This document shows positions 10,397 through 18,071 of a stretch of 61,030 nt of DNA, in pieces. The notes under the pieces were generated by a model. That model had not been told where the DNA came from, made no database searches, and saw only the letters and a program-made list of their open reading frames with translations. Positions within the stretch are counted from its first letter, which is position 1; each line of letters begins with the position of its first letter. The position numbers were made by a program, and so were the translations under genes. Location: the IMG/VR virus record IMGVR_UViG_3300030099_002804, positions 1 to 61,030 of that record; one strand, 5' to 3'. The stretch is from a virus (lineage: Duplodnaviria; Caudoviricetes).

Positions 10397-10594
10397 TCAA
10401 TTCTCCTCCATCTGAATGAACACATTGTCATCATCACTGATGACGAATAATACGCCACCGTGACAACGGCATCGTGCCCCGTCTTTGTTCTTCTTTACAT
10501 AATTCAGTCCACACATTGAGCAGACTTCGCTTAGTTGCTTGGTTCCTCGCACCATGCTACCCCGTATGCACCTACCCTTATCAATACTGCCCAT
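10397..10594 (-). CDS. small Cys-rich hypothetical protein
   Basis: CSMC...CRC motifs. Confidence 0.5.
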   Translation of the reverse strand: MGSIDKGRCIRGSMVRGTKQLSEVCSMCGLNYVKKNKDGARCRCHGGVLFVISDDDNVFIQMEEN

Positions 10595-10656
10595 GTTTGC
10601 ACCACATAGACCACGATTTCAAGACCTAATCCAAATCACCACGAAATCAGACAATC

Positions 10657-10729
10657 AACATATATCAGTAAGGTACTGCCCGCAAACTCAATAATAGAGA
10701 GAGAAAAAGAAAAGGAGAGAGAGGGGGGA
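10657..10729 (+). repeat. oriented intergenic repeat, copy 1
   Basis: ATATATCAGTAAGGTACTGCCC...CTCAATAA followed by a GA-rich tract. Confidence 0.85.
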
Positions 10730-10780
10730 GCCCCCGCCACCGGCGAACCGGTGACGAGGGCAAATCACTGATTGCTCAGT
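10730..10780 (-). ncRNA. conserved 3' two-hairpin RNA element, copy 1
   Basis: ACTGA-GCAA-TCAGT, then GCCCTCGTCACCGG-TTCG-CCGGTGGCGGGGGC, then a pyrimidine tract. Confidence 0.6.
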
Positions 10781-10958
10781 TACCTAGGATTTCAACCCAT
10801 AGGTTGTTTTTTTGCCAGCAATAGGCACAATAGAACGCCTGTCTAGGTTTTGCGTTCTGTGTGTGTGCTTCTTGGATAGTGGCTAGGTGCTTGTTCTCAT
10901 CACCTACCATTCTCCAATTACATGTCCCACAGTATTCGCAGGTTGTTATTTCAGCCAT
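10776..10958 (-). CDS. small zinc-finger protein
   Basis: CEYC...CAYC, GGAGGTGA RBS, own TATA box (TTTAATA). Confidence 0.7.
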   Translation of the reverse strand: MAEITTCEYCGTCNWRMVGDENKHLATIQEAHTQNAKPRQAFYCAYCWQKNNLWVEILGN

Positions 10959-11054
10959 TTATTTCTCACCTCCTGTTGTTCCTCAACAATCTATCCGAGG
11001 AGTAGTCCCCTATTAAACCCAGCGATTGAGCAAATCAGACATGCGGTAGTTATG

Positions 11055-11117
11055 ATATATCAGTAAGGTACTGCCCCCGGCTCAGTAATAGAGAGAAAAA
11101 AAGAAAGAAAAGAGAGA
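11055..11117 (+). repeat. oriented intergenic repeat, copy 2
   Basis: ATATATCAGTAAGGTACTGCCC (22 nt identical to copy 1)...CTCAGTAA followed by a GA tract. Confidence 0.85.
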
Positions 11118-11168
11118 GCCCCCCAGTGGAGCGAACTCCACTGAAGGGCGGCTTACTGATTATTCAGT
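11118..11168 (-). ncRNA. conserved 3' two-hairpin RNA element, copy 2
   Basis: ACTGA-ATAA-TCAGT, then GCCCTTCAGTGGAG-TTCG-CTCCACTGGGGGGC. Confidence 0.6.
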
Positions 11169-11195
11169 TATACAATACTGCAACAATTGATTGAA

Positions 11196-11438
11196 TCAAT
11201 TGTAACTCTTCACTAGATGATGAGCGAACTTAGGCCACTTGTACACAAACTCAAATGGGTTTGTGTTCCAAATGTACAATTGCTCCTTCTGATAACCGCC
11301 GTAGCAGTGCTGAGGGTACATTGAAGCCCACTCAGCCAAAAATTGTTCATCTGTCATGTTACTCCTAACAACCGCCAACGCCTTGAACGCTGATTGGCTG
11401 ATATTGTAATCGCCGTTGGTCCATATCCTGTATGTCAT
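11196..11438 (-). CDS. hypothetical protein
   Basis: GGAGGTGA RBS before MTYRIW, upstream TATATATA box. Confidence 0.65.
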   Translation of the reverse strand: MTYRIWTNGDYNISQSAFKALAVVRSNMTDEQFLAEWASMYPQHCYGGYQKEQLYIWNTNPFEFVYKWPKFAHHLVKSYN

Positions 11439-11607
11439 ATTTTTCACCTCCTTGTTTGACGCTTCGTTCATTCTATTATCCACCATACGCTTCGCCTCTT
11501 TGACTCACTTCATCCTCTATCTGATTTCCGTATTGGTCATACTAACAGGTATGTTGTATATATACCCTTCTCGAAATCATCACCAAAATGCTCATTCAAT
11601 CAATACA

Positions 11608-11682
11608 ATATATGTTAGTAATACTTCCCTCTCGTCTTAGTAAGAAAAAAAAAGAGAGAGAGAGAGTTAATCGTGGTACTGC
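11608..11682 (+). repeat. oriented intergenic repeat, copy 3 (diverged)
   Basis: ATATGTTAGTAATACTTCCC...CTTAGTAAG, GA tract, then GTACTGC. Confidence 0.7.
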
Positions 11683-11743
11683 GTGGCATTTTTCATTTTC
11701 CACGGTTGGCCGTGAAATCCAGCCGTGGGTTTATGTACTACCA

Positions 11744-11910
11744 CCTGCTCGTCGGTGTATATCCGAGCAACGATAACCGGTAATCAGCAATCACACGAAA
11801 GTTGGTTTGACAGGTTGTTTGGAACGAAACTGGTAACAGAACGGGGAGCAACCCCGATGTCAAAAGCAGGATGTTTCTCCCATGAGTCCAGCGAGACAAT
11901 TCATGGAGAC
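11744..11910 (+). ncRNA. structured 5' leader
   Basis: Stems CCTGCT/AGCAGG, TTTGACA/TGTCAAA, CGGGG/CCCCG, and TCTCCCATGA/TCATGGAGA covering the RBS. Confidence 0.4.
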
Positions 11911-12604
11911 GAACATGATACACGAAAAGGAGGAAACAGTTGGAGTGATTCGACGCACCATCAACGCATTGTTGTTGGCCGTCATTCACATGTTGGGCTA
12001 CCAACAACCAACTGCGACCTTAGCAAGCAAGATGAAACAACTGGACCACCTATACACTGAGTATTTGGACCACTGTGCAACCGACTGGGTTGGATTCAAT
12101 CCACCCAGCAAGCGAACACAGACCATCCTCAGAAACAAGTGGATTAAAGTGATGAACCAACTTGCCAAGCAAATACTGAAGGAACTGGTCAAAATTGACT
12201 GTTCCTACTGTGGACTTGGTAATGTGTCTGAAAGTGACAAATGCGCCGGTCGAAAGGTCGGCAGTGGATTTGAAATCCAAGCATGGCAGAAGTCACCAAA
12301 GGCACCTAGAGTTTGGGTACTTGACACCGAAGAACACTGGATTAGACCTTGGGAGTCAGAATCCGGCGACTGGGAGTTTGTCGAGGAATCCGGGCACTGG
12401 GAATGGGGTAAATTGTACCTACCAGCACAGGGCAACTGTGCAGTAGGTCACGGACCCTACGAAGGTTCAGATAGACCAATGCACAACGCATTGGCTCATC
12501 TTGACAGTGAATCAGCACAACTGGTGCTGAATCACTTGGAATACGGCGACATTCCTAGCCGAATCCGAGTGGCACTAAACGAACTGGTTTCAGACCGAGT
12601 TTGA
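11882..12604 (+). CDS. hypothetical Trp-rich protein (likely start 11915)
   Basis: 240 aa ORF with own TATA box and terminator, CSYC motif. Confidence 0.7.
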   Translation: MSPARQFMETNMIHEKEETVGVIRRTINALLLAVIHMLGYQQPTATLASKMKQLDHLYTEYLDHCATDWVGFNPPSKRTQTILRNKWIKVMNQLAKQILKELVKIDCSYCGLGNVSESDKCAGRKVGSGFEIQAWQKSPKAPRVWVLDTEEHWIRPWESESGDWEFVEESGHWEWGKLYLPAQGNCAVGHGPYEGSDRPMHNALAHLDSESAQLVLNHLEYGDIPSRIRVALNELVSDRV

Positions 12605-12605
12605 T

Positions 12606-12725
12606 ACTGAGTAATCAGTTATTTGCCCTCCCCAGCACTTCGGTGCTGGGGAGTGGCTCCCTTTCGGGGGTGTCCTAGGCGAAGAAGCCGGGGCACCCCC
12701 ACCCCTTTTTATTATTTTTTTTATT
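12606..12725 (+). terminator. conserved 3' two-hairpin RNA element copy 3, extra GC hairpin and T tract
   Basis: ACTGA-GTAA-TCAGT, CTCCCCAGCAC-TTCG-GTGCTGGGGAG, GGGGGTGTCC/GGGCACCCCC, then poly-T. Confidence 0.7.
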
Positions 12726-12727
12726 TG

Positions 12728-12797
12728 AACATATATTAGTAAGGGTACTGCCCGCACTCAGTAAAAAAAAGAGAGAGAGAGAGAGAAGAGAGAGAGG
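12728..12797 (+). repeat. oriented intergenic repeat, copy 4
   Basis: AACATATATTAGTAAGGGTACTGCCCGCACTCAGTAA followed by (GA)n. Confidence 0.85.
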
Positions 12798-12811
12798 CGG
12801 CTTTCATTCTC

Positions 12812-13252
12812 TCAATTTACTCCCTCCAAATACATATCATAGGTGAAAGTCTGAGGGGGAAACACTCCATGCTTATCTAAGTATAGAGCCTGTTCTGCCG
12901 TTTCAATGTGCATGATACGCTTCAAGGTGTTAAGTCCTAGAATATCACAAATCTCGCCTTGAATCCTTGATGCTTTCAATTCACCCTCTAAAGTGAACGG
13001 GCAGTCATATTTTAGGTGTATAGTGTCATGTAATGCCCTAAATAGGATATTGAAGGGCGCACTGCCCCATATAGTTGAATGACTCTCTCCGCCCCATATC
13101 GGCATGGGTAACATTTTGTTATATGCCTCAATGACGGGCTCAAATCCCCTATCCTCAATTGTGACATAGAAGGGGTACACCCCGACATAATCACAGACCT
13201 TGAGAAGTCCGTTTTGTACTGCTTGCGTTAGTTCGGTAGGTATTGCGACCAT
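12812..13252 (-). CDS. hypothetical protein with FRALHDxxH...GE motif (possibly metal-binding or zincin-like)
   Basis: FRALHDTIHL...FTLEGE. Upstream CGCTGGGTT+TATA element is shared with the 10776 unit. Confidence 0.6.
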   Translation of the reverse strand: MVAIPTELTQAVQNGLLKVCDYVGVYPFYVTIEDRGFEPVIEAYNKMLPMPIWGGESHSTIWGSAPFNILFRALHDTIHLKYDCPFTLEGELKASRIQGEICDILGLNTLKRIMHIETAEQALYLDKHGVFPPQTFTYDMYLEGVN

Positions 13253-13313
13253 GTACCCCCTACGATACCCCACTATATGAACCCAGCGTTTCAGCAAATA
13301 GTCAATGAATCAA

Positions 13314-13382
13314 GTATATATCAGTAAGACTTCACTTATCACGGCTCAGTAAGAGAGAGAGAGAAAAGAGAGAGAGAGAGAA
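13314..13382 (+). repeat. oriented intergenic repeat, copy 5
   Basis: TATATATCAGTAAGAC...GGCTCAGTAAG followed by (GA)n. Confidence 0.8.
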
Positions 13383-13383
13383 C

Positions 13384-13416
13384 CCTATCATGAACGGCTT
13401 TACCTATCATGAACGG
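13384..13416. repeat. 14 bp direct repeat CCTATCATGAACGG x2 (possible operator)
   Basis: Exact copies at 13384 and 13403, upstream of the amidoligase unit promoter. Confidence 0.7.
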
Positions 13417-13514
13417 GCCGCCGACCCCCTCTCGGCGGGTGTTTTTTGACCCCCTTGAGTATTTAAAGAACCGAACATGTTCGTTAATTCTTTATACCAA
13501 CAGGGGGTATTCCG

Positions 13515-13900
13515 AGATTGCCCGCAAGGGCCGAAGCAATCGGACGCACATCCGAATTGAGGGAACCCCACTCAACCAAGCGCAAGTGCGGGGGGTTGTC
13601 GCTCTCAACACAAGTCCTACGGTGAAAATCCGTAGGCACCCTAGGTATCGCCACAGGCCTCAGTCGCTAGGGATAGGAGGACATGATTACTCACCATGTC
13701 ACCATGTCAATTCGAGCGTTTAGCCTTGGCATGATACGGTCTGAAGGACCACGCTATGTTCCAACATGGGACCTCATGAATCCTCCTTCGTTCTTTTTTC
13801 AAATCCTATTCACCTAGATTGAGGAGATGCAATTCAATGATTCAATCAATCCAACTCCCTGTCCGACGATATACAAAGTCGGGTCACAGGCGAGGAGCGT
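13515..13900 (+). ncRNA. long, densely structured leader or ncRNA
   Basis: At least eight consecutive hairpins after a TTTATA box at ~13492. Confidence 0.5.
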
Positions 13901-13909
13901 GAAATGTAA

Positions 13910-16432
13910 ATGCAAACAACAACAACAACAGGAAATATACTGTTGGACCTAGTTGTGGTATTGTTGGCACTATTGCCAATTATGATGCCACTTCTTGCTG
14001 TCCTAACAGTACTGAGAAATGAACGAATGAACATGCGAATAGGTCTTGAGATTGAAGCAATCAAGAAGGCCCACATTCGTGAGTCACCACATGAGAAGAT
14101 GGCACACTGGATAATGAAGTGTGATGAGAAGATGTTGAAACTAATGTCCTCTCGAACACGGAAAACCATTCGTGCCCTCAAAGTCTCATTCCGTGGCTAC
14201 ACTCACGAAGTCATGAGCGAAACGAAGATTGTCACAGACTCATCATTGAGTCGTGGCGGCTTTGAGATTGTGTCACCCCCACTAATCGGGCGTGGCGTGG
14301 TTATGTCGTGGATTAGTCGGATGATGTCACACCTTCGAGGCGTGGCTGAAGTCGATAGGTCATGCGGCCTTCATGTCCATGTGGGTCTGAAGGACTACGG
14401 CGCAAGGGCAAACCCCGTCGAGTTAGGCTTTACCGAGCCTTCAGACAACCTTAGTCCCGAGGACTACGCCAAGGCCGTTACAGGCCGTGTGGCGTGGGCT
14501 TACGGGTACTTTCAACATGCAATCAATCTGATTGTTAGCCCAAGCCGCCGTGACGGTGAATGGAGCCGTAATGTCTCCTACATCAGCCAACAATATCGCA
14601 ACCCAAGCGAAGTACGCTTCGCCCAGCGAAAGTGGAATGATGAACATGGAATGTATGTCCGAGAATGGCATACCGAAACCGACCCCGCAAAGGTTGGCAT
14701 GGTATTCTATGACCGACTGTACGAAGGTAATCCCGACTACGGTGACTCTCGCTATCAGTGCGTAAATCCTCAATCACTACCGAAATACGGTACGATTGAG
14801 TTTAGAGCGCACCAAGGCACCACAAACGCAACCAAGATTCAGAATTGGGTGCAATTTTTGCACCTACTGGTCAGCCGTTGTGCGAGTAACTATTGGACCG
14901 ACATCACCAATTTCCGTGGTGACTCAATCCATGACCTATTCACTTGGCTTGGTTTGGCAGACGATGACCCACTCTATGTGGCTATGGTTCGCCGTATCAA
15001 GGCACTGAATGGAAACAACCCTAGTGTATTCCGTAATGACCCAATCTTGGCACACAACGCACTTTTCAAGGAGAGCGTAGTTTGCTCCCGATGTGGTTCG
15101 GCTTCTTGTGACTCAGATGAAGTGTGTGGCACCAACTACACACAAGATTTGATGGAGGAAACCGAGGCTCACTTTTTGGACTTGGATAGGGCATGCGATA
15201 CATGTGGCACATTACTTCGGGAAACCGAAGCACACATGCGCTATGACTACGGCGACCATCATGAAGCACACTGCCCTAACTGCGGCGATATGAGAGTGTT
15301 CAACGCTATGGGAGGAGTTATCCTCTCAGTCATGCTTGGCACCCTACCACTCGCACTGGTTATTGTAGGATGTGGCATTGGTGCCATACATGCGGCGGCT
15401 AAGACCTTCAAGGCCAAGCGATTGTCAACTAGACTCTTCAAGGCATTATCAGCCCGAGGCAAACAAGCCTCGGGCTTTGCCTTTGAGAATGGAAAGGGAG
15501 TGTACTATGTGAAAGCACCACACTCCTCAATCGCTATGGCTCACCATGTCCCGAAGCAACTACGCAAGCAAACTCAGTGGAGTATGTTTCACACCCGCTT
15601 CGCAACTCATGGTGCCAACAACAAGGCAAACGCTCACCCTCACTTTGGTCGCAAGGCTAAGGTAACGCTAGTACACAACGGCGTCGTACACAACCACGAC
15701 GATGTATGGATGGCATTGGGCGAGAAGCCTACTGGCCCTGTGGACTCACAGGCCGTAGCACAGTGCCTAGAAGTTGGTGGTATCGAGAAGGTAGTCGAGT
15801 TATGCAAGGGCTCAATGTCCTTGATTTGGTCTGATAATCGTGACCCACAAGGTACCCTCAAGTGCTGGACTAATGGAGGCAATCCATTGGTTATGGGTCG
15901 CATAGACGACGCAAGCAACGGCCCCGTAGTAATTGCCTCAACTGAGGCACTACTCAAGGAGGGATGTGGCAAGCGACTCAAGACACATTGGGATGCAACC
16001 ATAGGGCGTGAATACACAATCTCGCCTACCGGTAGCATCAGCAAGCGTGACATCGAGGGCAGTGAAGCAACCGCCGGGGTCGTCTATGATTGGCGCACCT
16101 ACAAGGTCGATGACTACTACTACACCTACGGCGCAAACTACTCGACTACCAAGACCAAGAAGCGACACCTACCTTATCGCATCAAGCAAATTGCGAAGAA
16201 GGAGTTAGAGCGCCTTGGTAGTTGGGAGCCAATCGAAGGCAAATGGGATGGCTTCGACCTTCATACCTTCAGTGGCATCCACGCCGCTAAATGGGATAAG
16301 GATGGCAAGCCCTTGACCTACGCACTACCGCAGTACATCAACCCGATGCACTATGATAGTGACCTTGAGGAGATACTCATGGGGTCGCACAGACCCGATG
16401 AGTTGGACTCATGCACATATGAGGCCCCTTGA
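13910..16432 (+). CDS. amidoligase (COOH-NH2 ligase, GS fold) fused to class II (Ntn) glutamine amidotransferase
   Basis: Ligase motifs GLEIE, DSSL, FEIVSPPL, SCGLHVHVG, TIEFRAHQGT. GATase motifs CGI, RG..ASG, HTRFATHG, NAHPH, HNGVV, VDS. Confidence 0.85.
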   Translation: MQTTTTTGNILLDLVVVLLALLPIMMPLLAVLTVLRNERMNMRIGLEIEAIKKAHIRESPHEKMAHWIMKCDEKMLKLMSSRTRKTIRALKVSFRGYTHEVMSETKIVTDSSLSRGGFEIVSPPLIGRGVVMSWISRMMSHLRGVAEVDRSCGLHVHVGLKDYGARANPVELGFTEPSDNLSPEDYAKAVTGRVAWAYGYFQHAINLIVSPSRRDGEWSRNVSYISQQYRNPSEVRFAQRKWNDEHGMYVREWHTETDPAKVGMVFYDRLYEGNPDYGDSRYQCVNPQSLPKYGTIEFRAHQGTTNATKIQNWVQFLHLLVSRCASNYWTDITNFRGDSIHDLFTWLGLADDDPLYVAMVRRIKALNGNNPSVFRNDPILAHNALFKESVVCSRCGSASCDSDEVCGTNYTQDLMEETEAHFLDLDRACDTCGTLLRETEAHMRYDYGDHHEAHCPNCGDMRVFNAMGGVILSVMLGTLPLALVIVGCGIGAIHAAAKTFKAKRLSTRLFKALSARGKQASGFAFENGKGVYYVKAPHSSIAMAHHVPKQLRKQTQWSMFHTRFATHGANNKANAHPHFGRKAKVTLVHNGVVHNHDDVWMALGEKPTGPVDSQAVAQCLEVGGIEKVVELCKGSMSLIWSDNRDPQGTLKCWTNGGNPLVMGRIDDASNGPVVIASTEALLKEGCGKRLKTHWDATIGREYTISPTGSISKRDIEGSEATAGVVYDWRTYKVDDYYYTYGANYSTTKTKKRHLPYRIKQIAKKELERLGSWEPIEGKWDGFDLHTFSGIHAAKWDKDGKPLTYALPQYINPMHYDSDLEEILMGSHRPDELDSCTYEAP

Positions 16433-16484
16433 GCCAAGTGTTCATTCGTGACAACACAAGATACGACACACAGATGTCGAAGCC

Positions 16485-16710
16485 GGATTGTGGGGGGCCT
16501 CGGCCCCCCGCAATCCTCCCCCCTAGCATTACAACACTCCTCACCTATCACAATCACACTTACCACGCTTCTCTTAGAGGCGAGCCGCCTAGACAAGTGC
16601 GGGGTATCAAATCGGTCTAGCCACTGGAGTTTTCATCTCCTTTTCCAGTGGTTTTGGGATGTCGAGGCCCGTTCATAGCCTCGGCATCCCTCCTACTCCC
16701 TTGGAGGCAT
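16485..16710 (+). ncRNA. structured intergenic RNA
   Basis: Long hairpins at 16485-16516, 16589-16620, 16620-16651 and 16656-16690. Confidence 0.45.
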
Positions 16711-16714
16711 TACC

Positions 16715-16954
16715 ATGAGCGATAAACCGACCATGAAGTATTGTCCCCACATCGAATGTGGTGGTAAATTACAACCGCATTCATTTGACTCGGCAACGGG
16801 TTGCTTGGACTGTGATGGCCCATGCTCCCCCCGCCGTGTTCAGATGTGGCGAGACAATTTGAAGCAACCAACCGAGGAACCCGAACCTAGACTGGTCTAT
16901 CAAGGACCAGTTACCAAGGAGGTTTGGGAGGGCTTGTGCTACTGGAAACAGTGA
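16715..16954 (+). CDS. small Cys-rich protein
   Basis: CPHIEC...CLDCDGPC, GGAGG RBS. Confidence 0.6.
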   Translation: MSDKPTMKYCPHIECGGKLQPHSFDSATGCLDCDGPCSPRRVQMWRDNLKQPTEEPEPRLVYQGPVTKEVWEGLCYWKQ

Positions 16955-17051
16955 ATGCACAGTCCACTCGAATAGAGGATGGCGGTGGCCTACAACCCAC
17001 CCCTTCAGATGGCATGAGGTAGCCAACCCGGACTGAGTGACAAACCGGCAA

Positions 17052-17130
17052 ACACACAAATGGGGTCGCCCTTCGGGGCGGCTCCAAATATGTGTGTTTT
17101 TTTTATTTTTTTTATTTTTTTTTATTTTTA
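17052..17130 (+). terminator. UUCG hairpin and long T tract terminator
   Basis: GGGGTCGCCC-TTCG-GGGCGGCTCC nested in ACACAC/GTGTGT, then ~30 nt of T. Confidence 0.75.
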
Positions 17131-17136
17131 ATGTAC

Positions 17137-17430
17137 ATTAGTAAGACTATAGTCTTACTGCATAAAAGAGAGAGAGAGAAAGTTGAGAGAGAAAGAGAGA
17201 GAAGTAAAGAGAGAAAGGGGGAGAGAGAGCATTAGTAAGACGAGAGAGAGAGGCGCATGTGAAAGAGAGAAGAGTTAAATAGTGGAGAGAGAAGTCTTAC
17301 TTAGTAAGACGAATGAATTGGCGAGAGAGTCGCTATGAAAAAGCCTTAGTAAGACGAAAAGAAGGAAAAGTATATAGCGAGAGAGAGAGGCTAAACGGTG
17401 TACTGCGAGCCTGTCGAGAGAATAGAGAGC
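17137..17430 (+). repeat. oriented repeat copy 6, expanded cluster of TTAGTAAGAC boxes in a GA-rich tract
   Basis: TTAGTAAGAC at 17138, 17232, 17301 and 17346. Palindromes AGTAAGACTATAGTCTTACT and GTCTTACT-T-AGTAAGAC. GTACTGC at 17400. Confidence 0.8.
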
Positions 17431-17669
17431 CAAAAAAACTGTCAATGCGTATGGAATGGAGTAGGTAAATCAGGTGTTTCCAGCAACACCTACTGTTATC
17501 TGCTACCACCTACATTCAAGTAACAACTCCGGCAAAAATCACAATATCCGGCAGTGCCAGCCGACACGCCCACAACGCCAGCCGAAACACGCACCGCTAA
17601 ACGCACCCCTGCTCGGCCATTCACCTATCAACATTCATATACTCACCCCCGATTCTTGCCACCACCAAC

Positions 17670-17695
17670 TTGATATACCGGCGGCCCCATATTAG
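17670..17695 (+). promoter_or_regulatory. class I (early) viral promoter
   Basis: TTGATATA-CCGGCGGCCCC-ATAT. Confidence 0.65.
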
Positions 17696-17715
17696 AACCA
17701 ACGGAGGCAACCAAC

Positions 17716-17871
17716 ATGGTAACGAAACAACAACTACAAAACATGCTTGACGAAACGATTGAAGAATTACAGAAGCCGAATGCGGCTATGCAGTTTCAGC
17801 GATATAGGCAACTGATATTCCACAGGGCCAACTTGGAAATGAAACTGAGGGACATGGGGGAATCACAATGA
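17716..17871 (+). CDS. small helical protein (51 aa, not in ORF track), paralog of 18068..18226
   Basis: MVTKQQLQNMLDETIEELQ, GGAGG RBS. Confidence 0.65.
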   Translation: MVTKQQLQNMLDETIEELQKPNAAMQFQRYRQLIFHRANLEMKLRDMGESQ

Positions 17872-18071
17872 ACCAAGAAGCAGATATGAAACGAAGCACA
17901 CAAAGGATGCTGGAAATTATACGAACCTCGGGGCGCAAGAAGTTTAGTTACACTGATGTTGATTGCGTGGGATGCGGTGAAAAAATCAGCATTTACAACT
18001 ACCACCTTTGGAGGCAGACACCTTGCTCATGCGAGGACAAGAAGGCACTTTTCGTGGAGGAATCACAATGA
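17868..18071 (+). CDS. small zinc-finger protein
   Basis: CVGC...CSC, ATGA overlaps on both sides. Confidence 0.6.
   Translation: MNQEADMKRSTQRMLEIIRTSGRKKFSYTDVDCVGCGEKISIYNYHLWRQTPCSCEDKKALFVEESQ

Noticed and set aside
10730-12660. Integron attC cassettes
   Set aside because: No integrase is visible, there are no RYYYAAC/GTTRRRY core sites, and the G-U pairs and UUCG loops point to RNA-level structure.
10640-13400. CRISPR or mini-CRISPR array
   Set aside because: Repeats are degenerate and hundreds of bases apart with whole genes between them. There are no constant-length spacers.
13409-13723. 104 aa ORF
   Set aside because: No RBS, spans a promoter and the hairpin-rich leader, low-information composition. 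Probably spurious.
13500-17100. Group I/II intron or retroelement suggested by the flanking RNA structure
   Set aside because: No reverse transcriptase, maturase or homing endonuclease motifs, no recognisable catalytic core, and no interrupted gene.
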